Under the pieces are notes generated by a model. That model ran no database searches and was not told the DNA's origin. It saw only the letters and a list, made by a program, of their open reading frames with translations. From assembly GCA_000802045.1 (NCBI GenBank), contig JUEF01000126.1, forward strand, positions 8,607 to 72,606: 64,000 bases of DNA, written 5' to 3'. Every line of letters begins with the position of its first letter. The first letter of the stretch is position 1. This DNA is from Peptococcaceae bacterium BICA1-8 (GTDB lineage: Bacteria; Bacillota; Peptococcia; Peptococcales; BICA1-8). Made by a program: the position numbers and the translations under genes. This document shows positions 20,528 through 29,868 of the stretch, piece by piece.

Positions 20528-21082
20528 TTAGTCATTATTTCTTAGGGATTTAATATAAGCCTCCCTGCCGGAACCAATTTTATAGCTTTGATAATGGAGG
20601 GGATTTTTTAAATAATAGTCTTGATGGTAATCCTCCGCAGGGTAGAATTCCAGGGCCTCTATAATTTCTGTCACAATGGGAGTGGAGTAATAGCTAGCTT
20701 TCTCCAGTTCTTCCTTGGATTTTTCCGCTGCCTGTCTTTGCTGGGGAGAGTGATAAAAAATAGCGGTTCGATATTGGCTGCCCCGGTCAGCGAACTGTCC
20801 TCCGAAATCGGTAGGGTCTATTTGCCGCCAGAAAATGTCTAGCAGTTCTTTATAACTAACCTGTTGGGGATCAAAAGTCATCTGGACCACTTCATAATGT
20901 CCAGTTTGTCCTGTACAAACCTCCTCGTAGGTGGGACACGGGGTTCTGCCACCGATATAACCTGTCTTAATATCTACGACTCCCTCCAAATTTTGAAAGG
21001 GTGGAACCAGGCACCAAAAACAACCTCCGGCAAAGGTTGCTTTTTCATTTGTCAGGGATAAGTTATCCATATGATTTTGCAT
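20528..21082 (-). CDS. msrA: Peptide-methionine (S)-S-oxide reductase
   Basis: FAGGCFWC, PTYEEVC, AEDYHQDYY; ATG at 21082 after GGAGG. Confidence 0.95.
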   Translation of the reverse strand: MQNHMDNLSLTNEKATFAGGCFWCLVPPFQNLEGVVDIKTGYIGGRTPCPTYEEVCTGQTGHYEVVQMTFDPQQVSYKELLDIFWRQIDPTDFGGQFADRGSQYRTAIFYHSPQQRQAAEKSKEELEKASYYSTPIVTEIIEALEFYPAEDYHQDYYLKNPLHYQSYKIGSGREAYIKSLRNND

Positions 21083-21198
21083 TGATTTAGACCTCCTGTA
21101 ATTATTATGAAGCAAAAGGCTAACAGTAATATTAATATTTTTACCTGAGAGATGGTGGGGTATACATAGAACAGGTGGGGTCATTAATTCCCAAAAAG

Positions 21199-21260
21199 TT
21201 ATATGAGAAACTAGTTGCACATGCAACTAGTTTCTCATATAATAGTTGCATGTGCAATAA
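21199..21260. promoter_or_regulatory. Perfect 21-bp inverted repeat plus second MarR-type operator
   Basis: TTATATGAGAAACTAGTTGCA-ca-TGCAACTAGTTTCTCATATAA, then TAGTTGCATGTGCAATAA; TATAAT at 21238-21243. Confidence 0.7.
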
Positions 21261-21292
21261 TTGCATATTGTATATATAGGGAGGCAGAATTT

Positions 21293-22669
21293 ATGGATCG
21301 CTCAAAACAGCTAGGAGAAGAAAAGGTATCAAAGTTATTACTAAAATTTTCTATACCAGCTATTATCGGAATGCTGGTAAATGCGCTATATAATGTTGTA
21401 GACCGGATTTTTATCGGTAATGGAGTAGGTTCATTAGGTATAGCGGGGATAACAATAGGTTTCCCTGTTATGCTGATGGGAATGGCCTTTGCCATGTTAA
21501 TAGCATTTGGGGCTAATGCTCTAGTTTCTATTAGGTTAGGCGAAAAGAAAAATGAAGAGGCAGAACTAATTATGGGTAATGCAGCAACCCTATTAGTTGT
21601 AGTGTCTTTAGTAATTTCTGTATTAGGTCTAATATTTATTGATTCCTTATTAATACTTTTCGGGGCAACGGAAACCATACTACCCTATGCTAAAGACTAT
21701 ATGCACATTATTTTATGGGGTAATGTTTTTATGGCCATCGGTTTTGGGATGAATAACTTCATCCGAGCTGAAGGGAATCCTAAGATTGCTATGTATACTA
21801 TGCTTATCGGTGCCATTACCAATATTATATTAGATTATGTATTTATTTTTATTTTTGATTGGGGGATGAAAGGTGCAGCCTTTGCAACAATAATCTCCCA
21901 GATGATAACTGCTAGCTGGGTGCTTTACTACTTTTTAAGCGGCAACAGTACTTTAAAGCTACGCCGGGCTAATCTCAGGCTCAAACTGTATATTGTGGGG
22001 AAAATTATAGCCATCGGCTCTGCCCCATTTGCTATGCAAATGGCTGCTAGCTTACTAAATGTAATTTTAAATAATTCCTTAAGTAATTATGGCGGTGATA
22101 CTGCAATAGCGGGCATGGGGATAATTAATAGTGCTATGATGCTTATTTTAATGCCAGTTTTTGGAATCAATCAGGGAGCACAGCCTATTATTGGTTATAA
22201 TTATGGGGCTAAAAACTTTGATCGTGTGAAAGAGGCGTTAAAATTAGCGATTCTAGGTGCTACGGTAGTGGTGAGTTTTGGATTTATAATTACTAGAATA
22301 TTTCCGGCGGAAATTATTGCCTTCTTTAACAAAGAGGATCAAGAGCTTATCAAGCTAGGGTCCCATGCTCTAACAATTTTTCTAATGTTTTTGCCAATGA
22401 TCGGATTTCAGGTAGTAGGAGCAAATTATTTCCAAGCAGTAGGTAAGCCTAAGCAGGCTATGTTTTTGACTTTATCCAGACAGGTATTGCTATTAATCCC
22501 GTTAATCATAATTTTACCTAAATTTTATGGTTTTAACGGCATATTATATGCCGGCCCCCTTGCTGATTTAGGTTCAGCATTATTGACCGGGACATGGCTT
22601 TTAATGGAATTAAAAAGTTTAGATACCAAGCATTCAGAGAGAAGCCTGGTACCTGAACCAGTTAAGTAA
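21293..22669 (+). CDS. MATE efflux transporter (MepA-like)
   Basis: ALYNVVDRIFIG, NIILD, GAQPIIGYNYGA; ATG 21293 after GGAGG. Confidence 0.93.
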   Translation: MDRSKQLGEEKVSKLLLKFSIPAIIGMLVNALYNVVDRIFIGNGVGSLGIAGITIGFPVMLMGMAFAMLIAFGANALVSIRLGEKKNEEAELIMGNAATLLVVVSLVISVLGLIFIDSLLILFGATETILPYAKDYMHIILWGNVFMAIGFGMNNFIRAEGNPKIAMYTMLIGAITNIILDYVFIFIFDWGMKGAAFATIISQMITASWVLYYFLSGNSTLKLRRANLRLKLYIVGKIIAIGSAPFAMQMAASLLNVILNNSLSNYGGDTAIAGMGIINSAMMLILMPVFGINQGAQPIIGYNYGAKNFDRVKEALKLAILGATVVVSFGFIITRIFPAEIIAFFNKEDQELIKLGSHALTIFLMFLPMIGFQVVGANYFQAVGKPKQAMFLTLSRQVLLLIPLIIILPKFYGFNGILYAGPLADLGSALLTGTWLLMELKSLDTKHSERSLVPEPVK

Positions 22670-22682
22670 CGGGGGGATAACT

Positions 22683-23129
22683 ATGGATGCTAAAGATAAA
22701 GCAATTGGCCGCTGGCTTTCTATCCTGTACAGAACTGGTCAATCCTATCTGGATAAGGAATTGAAGCCCTATAATCTAGGCAGCGGGCAAGGGATTTTTC
22801 TCGCCGTCTTGCTCCACCAAGATGGAATTAGCCAAGAAAACTTAGCTGCTTTATTACGAATTGATAAAGGTACTACTGCCCGGGCTATAAAAAAGCTAGA
22901 AGAAGAAGGGTATATAATCAGAAGAGCCGACCCCAATGATAAAAGAGCTAATATTATTAGAGTTACTGAGAAATCATTAGCTATAGGACCAGTCATAAAA
23001 AGGGTGGGAGAAAACTGGACGGATATGCTTACTAAAGATTTTTCCAAGGAGGAAAAGGAATTAGTGGTCAGACTTTTAAAAAGAATGGCTGTTAATACTG
23101 ATTACTGTGTCGGGGAGATGAAACAGTAG
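22683..23129 (+). CDS. MarR-family regulator
   Basis: GISQ...IDKGTTARAIKKLE...DKR. Confidence 0.92.
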   Translation: MDAKDKAIGRWLSILYRTGQSYLDKELKPYNLGSGQGIFLAVLLHQDGISQENLAALLRIDKGTTARAIKKLEEEGYIIRRADPNDKRANIIRVTEKSLAIGPVIKRVGENWTDMLTKDFSKEEKELVVRLLKRMAVNTDYCVGEMKQ

Positions 23130-23151
23130 GGGGCGGTTTCCATGCCGCCCC
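23126..23151 (+). repeat. GTAG-headed REP-like palindrome
   Basis: GTAG-GGGGCGG-tttccatg-CCGCCCC. Confidence 0.45.
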
Positions 23152-23171
23152 GCTCTCTACAATTTGCCATA

Positions 23172-23209
23172 AAGAAGAAGTCCGGGGGGAATCCCCGGAC
23201 TTCTTCTTT
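23172..23209. terminator. Bidirectional terminator
   Basis: AAGAAGAAGTCCGGGG...CCCCGGACTTCTTCTT between convergent genes. Confidence 0.8.
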
Positions 23210-23789
23210 ATGGCAAATTAATAACCTGACCAACCATCAGTTTATTGGGGTCGGCACTAGGATTAGCCTTAATTAATTCATTTAGCGGGATATCAAGTTT
23301 TTTTGAAATAGACCATAGTGTGTCTCCGGACTTAATTTGATAAGTCCTTTGGGATGGCTGGTAGTTTGGATTCGATGGCGGATTCTCGGGTGTTATCGTA
23401 TAGTCATTATCCTCATAATTGAACCCAGGATTAATACCTTTATGAATTATGACTCGGGTTCCAATACTTACTTTGCTAAAAAGTGGCTCAACATCATGAT
23501 TATACATCCGTATACAGCCGTTAGAGACTGCATTACCTATAGAACTAGGGTTATTAGTTCCGTGAACTCCATAGCCGGGATTACTAAGACCCATCCAACG
23601 GGTGCCAAAGACGCTTTCATAGTTCAATATTTTTTTATTAATAACGGACCATTCTCCGATAGGGCTTGGTGTAGCTGGTTTACCTATGGCAATAGGGTAT
23701 GTTCCAGCCAGCAAGCTACCCTGATAAAAGCTTAGCTGACGTCGTAAAAGGTCAATTTCAATATGACCGCTTCGTGCTAGATTAAACAT
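23208..23789 (-). CDS. L,D-transpeptidase (YkuD domain) with C-terminal LysM
   Basis: YGVHGT...SNGCIRM; YQIKSGDTLWSIS LysM. Confidence 0.92.
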   Translation of the reverse strand: MFNLARSGHIEIDLLRRQLSFYQGSLLAGTYPIAIGKPATPSPIGEWSVINKKILNYESVFGTRWMGLSNPGYGVHGTNNPSSIGNAVSNGCIRMYNHDVEPLFSKVSIGTRVIIHKGINPGFNYEDNDYTITPENPPSNPNYQPSQRTYQIKSGDTLWSISKKLDIPLNELIKANPSADPNKLMVGQVINLP

Positions 23790-23818
23790 ACTCTCACCTC
23801 TAGATTTTTTTACTGCAA

Positions 23819-23848
23819 TATACTATGCGAGCTAAGAGAAAAAAGTGA
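23819..23848 (-). promoter_or_regulatory. Possible sigmaK/sigmaE-type sporulation promoter
   Basis: Minus strand TCAC-N17-CATAGTATA upstream of the ykuD-like gene. Confidence 0.35.
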
Positions 23849-23852
23849 AAAA

Positions 23853-23881
23853 TTAGCCGAGCCATTAATAGGCTCGGCTAA
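23853..23881 (-). terminator. Terminator of met operon
   Basis: TTAGCCGAGCC-attaata-GGCTCGGCTAA flanked by A/T runs. Confidence 0.75.
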
Positions 23882-23924
23882 AGAACTATATAAATATTGA
23901 TGGTCAATTATTGACGTTTTTTTC

Positions 23925-24611
23925 TCACTTTTTCAGTTTTTTAGCGATTGAGTTGCCTAAATTTTGCATACCCATAACCATAATAATCAGAACTGCTAGA
24001 GTTACAACCATTACATCGCCTTCATATCTTTGATAGCCATAACGGATAGCAAGGTCCCCTAAGCCGCCACCGCCAACAACACCAGCCATGGCCGAAGCAC
24101 CAATCAAGCTGATCGCGGAAATAGTCATGCCCAGGACCATGGTTGAGCGGGTTTCCTTTAAAAGCACCTTGGAAATTATCTGCCAGGGGGAAGCACCCAT
24201 AGCTAAAAAGGCTTCAATAATACCTTTGTTTACTTCTAAGAGAGCTGACTCTGTGACCCTGGCTATAAAGGGTGCTGTAAAAACAACTAGAGGTACAATA
24301 GCTCCTTTTAGCTGAATCGTTGTCCCGACGATTAGTCTAGTAAAAGGTGTAATAGCAAACATTAAGATAATAAAGGGAATTGCCCGAATTATATTAATAA
24401 TAAGATTGGCTATTTTATAGAACCATTTCTGCTCCCAGATGTGCCCCGGTCTTGTGATAACAAGGAGAACTCCCAAGGGAATGCCAATAACAGCTGCTAT
24501 GCTTAAGGCAATCAGGACCATTAGCAAAGTTTCATAGGTTGCTTTTGTTAATTGAGGTGTTATTTCTAAAACTCTCAGCCAGATGGGCTCTAATAAATTA
24601 GTTTCAGTCAT
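23925..24611 (-). CDS. metI: Methionine ABC transporter permease
   Basis: IRAIPFIILM, SAMAGVVGGGGLGDLAIRYGYQR. Confidence 0.95.
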   Translation of the reverse strand: MTETNLLEPIWLRVLEITPQLTKATYETLLMVLIALSIAAVIGIPLGVLLVITRPGHIWEQKWFYKIANLIINIIRAIPFIILMFAITPFTRLIVGTTIQLKGAIVPLVVFTAPFIARVTESALLEVNKGIIEAFLAMGASPWQIISKVLLKETRSTMVLGMTISAISLIGASAMAGVVGGGGLGDLAIRYGYQRYEGDVMVVTLAVLIIMVMGMQNLGNSIAKKLKK

Positions 24612-25629
24612 AATTTAACACCTCCGTGATAACATTATGGTCCTTCAAAATTTTAATTCCTTCATCAATAGATTGGCAGTCCCCCGTAAGCTCAATTATT
24701 AAACGACCCAAGGTCTGATTCTTAATTTGGATTATATTACCGCACAGGATATTAGGCCAGAGCGGTAATTCTTTTGCTATTATGGCTAGAACTGGTTGGG
24801 AGGCGGAACCACCTATAAAGGTTAGTCTGAGAATTTTGTTGTTCTCCTTTTTAGTTCTAAGCTTTTTTAAAACAGACTCAGAGAGCTCATCCTCCATAAT
24901 GCTTTTGATAAAGTTTCTTGTAGTCTGAGTCTTGGGCTTTGTAAAAGTATTTAAGACGGTATCCTCTTCAATAATTACCCCGTCTTCTATTACGGCTACT
25001 TTATCGCAGATTTTTTTGATAACATGCATTTCATGGGTTATTAAAAGGATAGTAATTTTGAATTTCCGATTAATATCTAATAATAATTCTAAAATAGCTT
25101 CAGTAGTCTGAGGATCAAGGGCAGATGTAGCTTCATCACAGAGTAGGATGTCAATATCGTTAGCCAAGGCTCGAGCAATAGCTACCCGTTGTTTCTGACC
25201 GCCTGATAACTGGCTGGGAAAGTTATTTTTTTTATCCTCTAGTCCTACAATATTTAAAAGGTTATTTACCTTTTCATTTATACTTGCTTTGGGAATATGG
25301 GAAAGCTCTAAAGCCACTGCTATATTTTCAAAGACTGTACAGGTTTCCAGGAGGTTAAAGTGCTGGAAAATCATACCAATTTTTTTCCTAGCCTCCCGCA
25401 GCTTATGCTTTGTTAGTTTAGTCATTTCCAGCTCGTTAACCCGGACGCTGCCTTCTGTTGGCTTTTCCAGCATATTTACGCAACGGATTAAAGAACTTTT
25501 GCCGGCGCCGCTAAAACCAATTACTCCAAAAATCTCGCCCTTTTCTACTTTCAAGTTAACACCTTTAAGTGCCTCTACATTACCCTCATTGCTCTGGTAG
25601 GTTTTATATAGATTTGTGATTTCAATCAT
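24604..25629 (-). CDS. metN: Methionine ABC transporter ATPase
   Basis: GFSGAGKS, LSGGQKQR, LLCDEATSALDP, C-terminal NIL domain. Confidence 0.95.
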   Translation of the reverse strand: MIEITNLYKTYQSNEGNVEALKGVNLKVEKGEIFGVIGFSGAGKSSLIRCVNMLEKPTEGSVRVNELEMTKLTKHKLREARKKIGMIFQHFNLLETCTVFENIAVALELSHIPKASINEKVNNLLNIVGLEDKKNNFPSQLSGGQKQRVAIARALANDIDILLCDEATSALDPQTTEAILELLLDINRKFKITILLITHEMHVIKKICDKVAVIEDGVIIEEDTVLNTFTKPKTQTTRNFIKSIMEDELSESVLKKLRTKKENNKILRLTFIGGSASQPVLAIIAKELPLWPNILCGNIIQIKNQTLGRLIIELTGDCQSIDEGIKILKDHNVITEVLNYD

Positions 25630-25664
25630 ACAAATTACTCCTCATTTAGTTACTAGTAGTTTTA

Positions 25665-25908
25665 GGCATGACGTCTTCCTAGATAATTCATGACGTCGGC
25701 ATGACAGCTAAAATGCAAGTCTGCATGTCAGCATGACGGCTTAAGAGTTTACTGCACGTCGGCATGATTAGATAAATTATGCTTGACAAGGCAACCAAAA
25801 GCAATAATGCCGATCCAAAGAAGTATGTGTAAGACGTTATGCCGTCCCAAAAACTTTCCCGTAAGTCGTCATGCCGACATAAAACTCTAACCCCAAAGAC
25901 GTCACGCC
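25665..25908. repeat. Palindromic array: 4 direct plus 4 inverted copies of a GTCGGCATGAC-like core at ~32-bp period
   Basis: GCATGA at 25666, 25699, 25731, 25762; A(T/C)GCC at 25807, 25839, 25871, 25904. Confidence 0.85.
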
Positions 25909-25940
25909 CACCGACCCCATAGCTTAGCCCCTAAGATAAT

Positions 25941-26756
25941 TTACCAGGCGGCAACAACAGAATCTTGGAAGTCTTTATTTATAAAATCTTTAATTTCCTG
26001 GGATTGGTAAAGCTCTACAAATTTCTTGAATAAAGGATTATCTTCCTCTCCCTCGCGGACAACAATAATATTTACCCAAGGAGAGTCTTTAGGCTCGATG
26101 AAAATTGATTCTTTAACAGGTGACATTCCAGCCTGCACAATAAAATTAGTGTTTATTGCAGCCGCTGCTAAATCAGGCAAAGTGCGTAAAATCATGGGTG
26201 CCTCTAGCTCGACGAACTCTAAGTTTTTAGGATTTTCTACAATGTCTTTTACTGTAGCACTTGAGCCAACGCCTTCCTTGAGTTTTATTAGCCCTGCCGC
26301 TTCAAATAGCTGTAATGCTCTGGCTCCATTAGTGGGATCATTTGGCAGGCCTACCTTATCTTTTGCCTTTAGTTCATTAACATCTTTAACTTTTTGCGAA
26401 TAAATACCCATAGGGAAGTTTACAGAATTAGCAATATTGGAAAGCTTTAGTTTGCGGTCTGCTTTAAATTTATCTAAATAAGGTTCGTGTTGAAAGCTGT
26501 TTAAATCAATGTTTCCATCGGCCAGCTGAATATTTGGCTGGACATAGTCATTAAAGGTAACAACTTCAATTATTAAATCTTCTTTAGCTGCCAGCTCCTT
26601 TACCTTTTCCAAAATAGCTTCATGGGGACCAGCGGTAACCCCTACCTTTAGCTTTTGTTCTTCTTTCTTGGCAGAGCCACTGCCTCCGCAGCCTGCAACA
26701 AAAAATGTAATAATTAAAATTAAAGATAAAATACTAAATAATTTTTTCATGTACAT
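25941..26756 (-). CDS. metQ: Methionine ABC substrate-binding lipoprotein
   Basis: Lipobox VAGC; FNDYVQPN, FQHEPYL, PNDPTNGARAL. Confidence 0.95.
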   Translation of the reverse strand: MYMKKLFSILSLILIITFFVAGCGGSGSAKKEEQKLKVGVTAGPHEAILEKVKELAAKEDLIIEVVTFNDYVQPNIQLADGNIDLNSFQHEPYLDKFKADRKLKLSNIANSVNFPMGIYSQKVKDVNELKAKDKVGLPNDPTNGARALQLFEAAGLIKLKEGVGSSATVKDIVENPKNLEFVELEAPMILRTLPDLAAAAINTNFIVQAGMSPVKESIFIEPKDSPWVNIIVVREGEEDNPLFKKFVELYQSQEIKDFINKDFQDSVVAAW

Positions 26757-26810
26757 TTCCTCCTATGATTTTAGTAATTGGATACTACTAAGTGGCTTGA
26801 ATATTATCCA

Positions 26811-26850
26811 AAAATAAAGCCCTCTTCTATCTGGTCAGATAAAAGAGGGC
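26811..26850 (-). terminator. Riboswitch expression-platform terminator
   Basis: Minus strand GCCCTCTT...AAGAGGGC followed by T-rich tract. Confidence 0.75.
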
Positions 26851-26872
26851 ATACTCTCAAAAAGTACGTCCG

Positions 26873-26980
26873 CTCTTATCTGTCAGACATTACTGTCTGC
26901 AGGAATTGGCACAGCACCTAAATAAATAGGCCAGTTGCCGGGCTTCATCGGGCCAGTCCCTCCACCTCTCTGAATAAGAG
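26873..26980 (-). ncRNA. SAM-I (S-box) riboswitch
   Basis: Minus strand CTCTTATTCAGAGAGGTGGAGGGACTGGCCCGATGAAGCCCGGCAAC...GTGCCAATTCCTGCAG...CTGACAGATAAGAG upstream of metQ. Confidence 0.95.
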
Positions 26981-27034
26981 TTCGCTATTTTGTTTTATAA
27001 CAGATTTACAAAGCTATATCTGTTATTGAATAAA

Positions 27035-27063
27035 AATATATCATGCTGGCCGTAAGCTGTCAA
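27035..27063 (-). promoter_or_regulatory. SigmaA promoter for the met operon
   Basis: TTGACA-N17-TATATT with extended TG. Confidence 0.65.
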
Positions 27064-27163
27064 CAGGTATTTGTTGGTCGTATAATCATATTTATGCTTA
27101 TAATTACCGAATAGTGGAAATAATATTACTAATAAGTATTTTAGAAAAATTTGGAGGTTTAAG

Positions 27164-27238
27164 ATGAAAAGACTGGTTTTATTAAGTATAATGCTCCTCG
27201 TTGTTTTATTCATTATTGCAGAGCCTTTAATAGCCTAG
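27164..27238 (+). other. 24-aa sORF or signal-peptide remnant
   Basis: GGAGG RBS; MKRLVLLSIMLLVVLFIIAEPLIA*. Confidence 0.4.
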
Positions 27239-27419
27239 GAGACCGGACAAGTGTATCCATAGGCACAGAGCATAAGTTTTATTTTTTGGGGGATTGATTT
27301 TTTAAAAAAAGTTTATTCTAATATGAATAAACTTTTTTTAAATATGATAGAATTAATTGGAACTTTCTTGGAAATAAATGCGTCTGTTTAGTGATAGAGT
27401 AGGGGGGTGAGAGCGTAAT

Positions 27420-28136
27420 ATGACACCGATTATTGAGGTGAAAAACCTTATAAAAAAGTACCGAGTTGGTACGGAAATTATCACAGCTCTAGATGGGGTC
27501 GATCTGAAGATACAAAAGGGTGAATTTATTGCTATTGTTGGAACTTCAGGTAGCGGAAAATCGACCCTATTAAACATGATGTCTGGATTAGAGAGGCCTA
27601 CTAAAGGAGAAATTTGGATTAACAATATTTCGATTAATAAGGTTAAAGAAAAGGATATGGCCGCTTTTCGGCGTAATTATATGGGTTTTGTCTTTCAGTC
27701 TTTTAACCTTTTGTCATCGCTTACTGCTTTAGAAAATTCCGTACTTCCTTTAATATTACAGGGGATGGGGAGTAAAGAACGGAGTAAACGAGGCCGGGAT
27801 ATGCTGAAAGTACTTGGCTTGGAAAACAGGATGTTGAATAAGCCTAGTCAGATGAGTGGTGGTCAGCAGCAGAGGGTTAGTATTGCTAGAGCCCTAATTA
27901 ATAACCCTAAAATTATCTTTTGTGATGAGCCTACCGGAAATCTGGATACAAAGACAACCAAGGAAATAATGGAACTTTTAACAACTACTATTAAGGAAAA
28001 AGGGCAGACGTTAGTCATGGTTACCCATGACCGAGATGTGGCAGGATATGCTGACAGAATCATCCACATGGTGGACGGAATTATTACCAGTGAAGAAAAC
28101 AAAGGAGGAGTACTAGTAAATGAAAAAGTTAACTAG
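27420..28136 (+). CDS. ABC ATPase, LolD/MacB family
   Basis: GTSGSGKST, SGGQQQR, DEPTGNLD. Confidence 0.95.
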   Translation: MTPIIEVKNLIKKYRVGTEIITALDGVDLKIQKGEFIAIVGTSGSGKSTLLNMMSGLERPTKGEIWINNISINKVKEKDMAAFRRNYMGFVFQSFNLLSSLTALENSVLPLILQGMGSKERSKRGRDMLKVLGLENRMLNKPSQMSGGQQQRVSIARALINNPKIIFCDEPTGNLDTKTTKEIMELLTTTIKEKGQTLVMVTHDRDVAGYADRIIHMVDGIITSEENKGGVLVNEKVN

Positions 28137-29868
28137 CCTGATTTTAGTAGTATTTTTAATGTTCGGACTTATAGCCTCAGTTGGGGCAGAAGAAATTGAA
28201 ACAATTGATACAGGATTAGATCCCTTATTGATAATTGAAAACGTAGAAGTAGATAAAGTTGTTGCGGGAACAGATTTTTATATATCCTTTGTTATTAGAA
28301 ATATTGGTACAGGACCTGCTTTTAACCTGAATTTCAACTTTGAATTAGAGGATGATAAAAACAAGCTGGCCCCGTTTTCTGTTGTTGAAGCACCTGAAGT
28401 GAAACAGGTTGATAGTAAAGCTGTCCAAAGCGTAGCTATTAAAATTAATGTTGATGAAAGTGCTGCAAATAGAGATTATAAGCTCAAGGTAAACGTGGAC
28501 TATAAAAACGCATTACAGGCTACTTCCACTATTTACTCCAAAATAACTGTGCCTGTTACTTATGGAATAACAAAGCCTCAATTTGTTGTGAAGACTGTAC
28601 AGTTTGAGCCTAAAGAGCCTGATTTGAGTCAAGCCTTTACAGCTAATGTGTTTTTTGAGAATATAAGTGAATCTGATGCTGGCAATGTTAGTATAGCTTT
28701 AGATGGCAAAGTCAATGATGATAAAAATTTCAGTGTAGTGGATTTATCCAACACCAAGCACCTTTTTGATGTTAAAGGGAAACAGACCCGGATGGTTTCC
28801 TTTCAGCTAGAGGCAGAGGATCCTCGGGCTGGCAATGAGGTTAAGCTTACCTTTACATATGATTACAAAGGGACACAAACCAAGCAGGAAGAGGTTTTAA
28901 ACCTTCCTTTACCCAAAGCCAGTGTAGGTGCTAGTGGGAAAACACCCTGGGTAATAATCAATAAATATACGCTATCTGATGAACAGGTCTTAGCAGGTAA
29001 TACTGTTATTTTGAAATTATTTGTGGAAAATACCAATATCAAGGATGTACATAATGCTAAAGTATCTATTGTTGATGTTCAATTAGAAGATAATCAAAAG
29101 GGAGATACGGTGTTCTCTCCTGTAGACAGCAGTAATACCTTTTATATAGAGAAGATTCCAGGTAAAACCACAGTAGTCAGAGATGTAGCTCTCTATGTTG
29201 ATCCAAATGCTCAGGCCAAGACCTACAATGTTCCAATAGAGATCATCTATGAATATGATAATGGGCAGTCCAATACAGTAAAAGAACGGGTCAATGTTCC
29301 TGTTACTCAAGAATGTCGCCTGGAAATCCTATCTGTTGATACTCCACCGATGGCTTTTGTCGGTCAGCCTACGCCAATTTCTGCAGAGTTTGTCAATGTT
29401 GGCAAGGTGGCTTTAACTAACTTTATGGTAAATATGGATGGGGATTTTCAAAAAGAAAATGCAGTGTACTATATTGGCAATCTTGAAACAGGTATGAGCG
29501 ATTACTATCAGGCTATGGCTATTCCTCAAAATGAAGGAGAGTTAGAAGGCATGGTGGTATTTACCTATATCGATAACAATAATAAAGAAGTTCGGGTCGA
29601 AAAACCCTTTAACTTACAGGTCCAAGGTCAATCTGAACCACCTATGGGAGGCGAGATGGGGCCAGGGGGCAAGCCGGGCATTATTGACGGCAGACCAGGT
29701 ATGCCAGGCTCACCTATGGGTCCTGACGGGTCACAGGAAAGTCTTGCAGTAAAACTAAAAAATAACTGGAAGGCGATATTGCTTCTGATTATTGTCTTTA
29801 TCCAGGCTGTCTTTATCTGGCGTTTAAGACGTAAGGTTAAAGCGAATGGGGAATTCTTCGATGTATAA
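28120..29868 (+). CDS. COG1361-like multi-Ig-domain surface protein with C-terminal TM
   Basis: Signal peptide, repeated beta-sandwich segments, Gly/Pro/Met linker, TM anchor. Confidence 0.75.
   Translation: MKKLTSLILVVFLMFGLIASVGAEEIETIDTGLDPLLIIENVEVDKVVAGTDFYISFVIRNIGTGPAFNLNFNFELEDDKNKLAPFSVVEAPEVKQVDSKAVQSVAIKINVDESAANRDYKLKVNVDYKNALQATSTIYSKITVPVTYGITKPQFVVKTVQFEPKEPDLSQAFTANVFFENISESDAGNVSIALDGKVNDDKNFSVVDLSNTKHLFDVKGKQTRMVSFQLEAEDPRAGNEVKLTFTYDYKGTQTKQEEVLNLPLPKASVGASGKTPWVIINKYTLSDEQVLAGNTVILKLFVENTNIKDVHNAKVSIVDVQLEDNQKGDTVFSPVDSSNTFYIEKIPGKTTVVRDVALYVDPNAQAKTYNVPIEIIYEYDNGQSNTVKERVNVPVTQECRLEILSVDTPPMAFVGQPTPISAEFVNVGKVALTNFMVNMDGDFQKENAVYYIGNLETGMSDYYQAMAIPQNEGELEGMVVFTYIDNNNKEVRVEKPFNLQVQGQSEPPMGGEMGPGGKPGIIDGRPGMPGSPMGPDGSQESLAVKLKNNWKAILLLIIVFIQAVFIWRLRRKVKANGEFFDV

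Noticed and set aside
21083-21292. Matching N-terminal extensions of MsrA and MATE (MH.QLVSHI)
   Set aside because: Artefact of the DNA palindrome; RBS-supported starts are at 21082 and 21293
25665-25908. CRISPR array
   Set aside because: Repeat cores are only about 11-13 bp, switch orientation midway, and no cas genes are in the window
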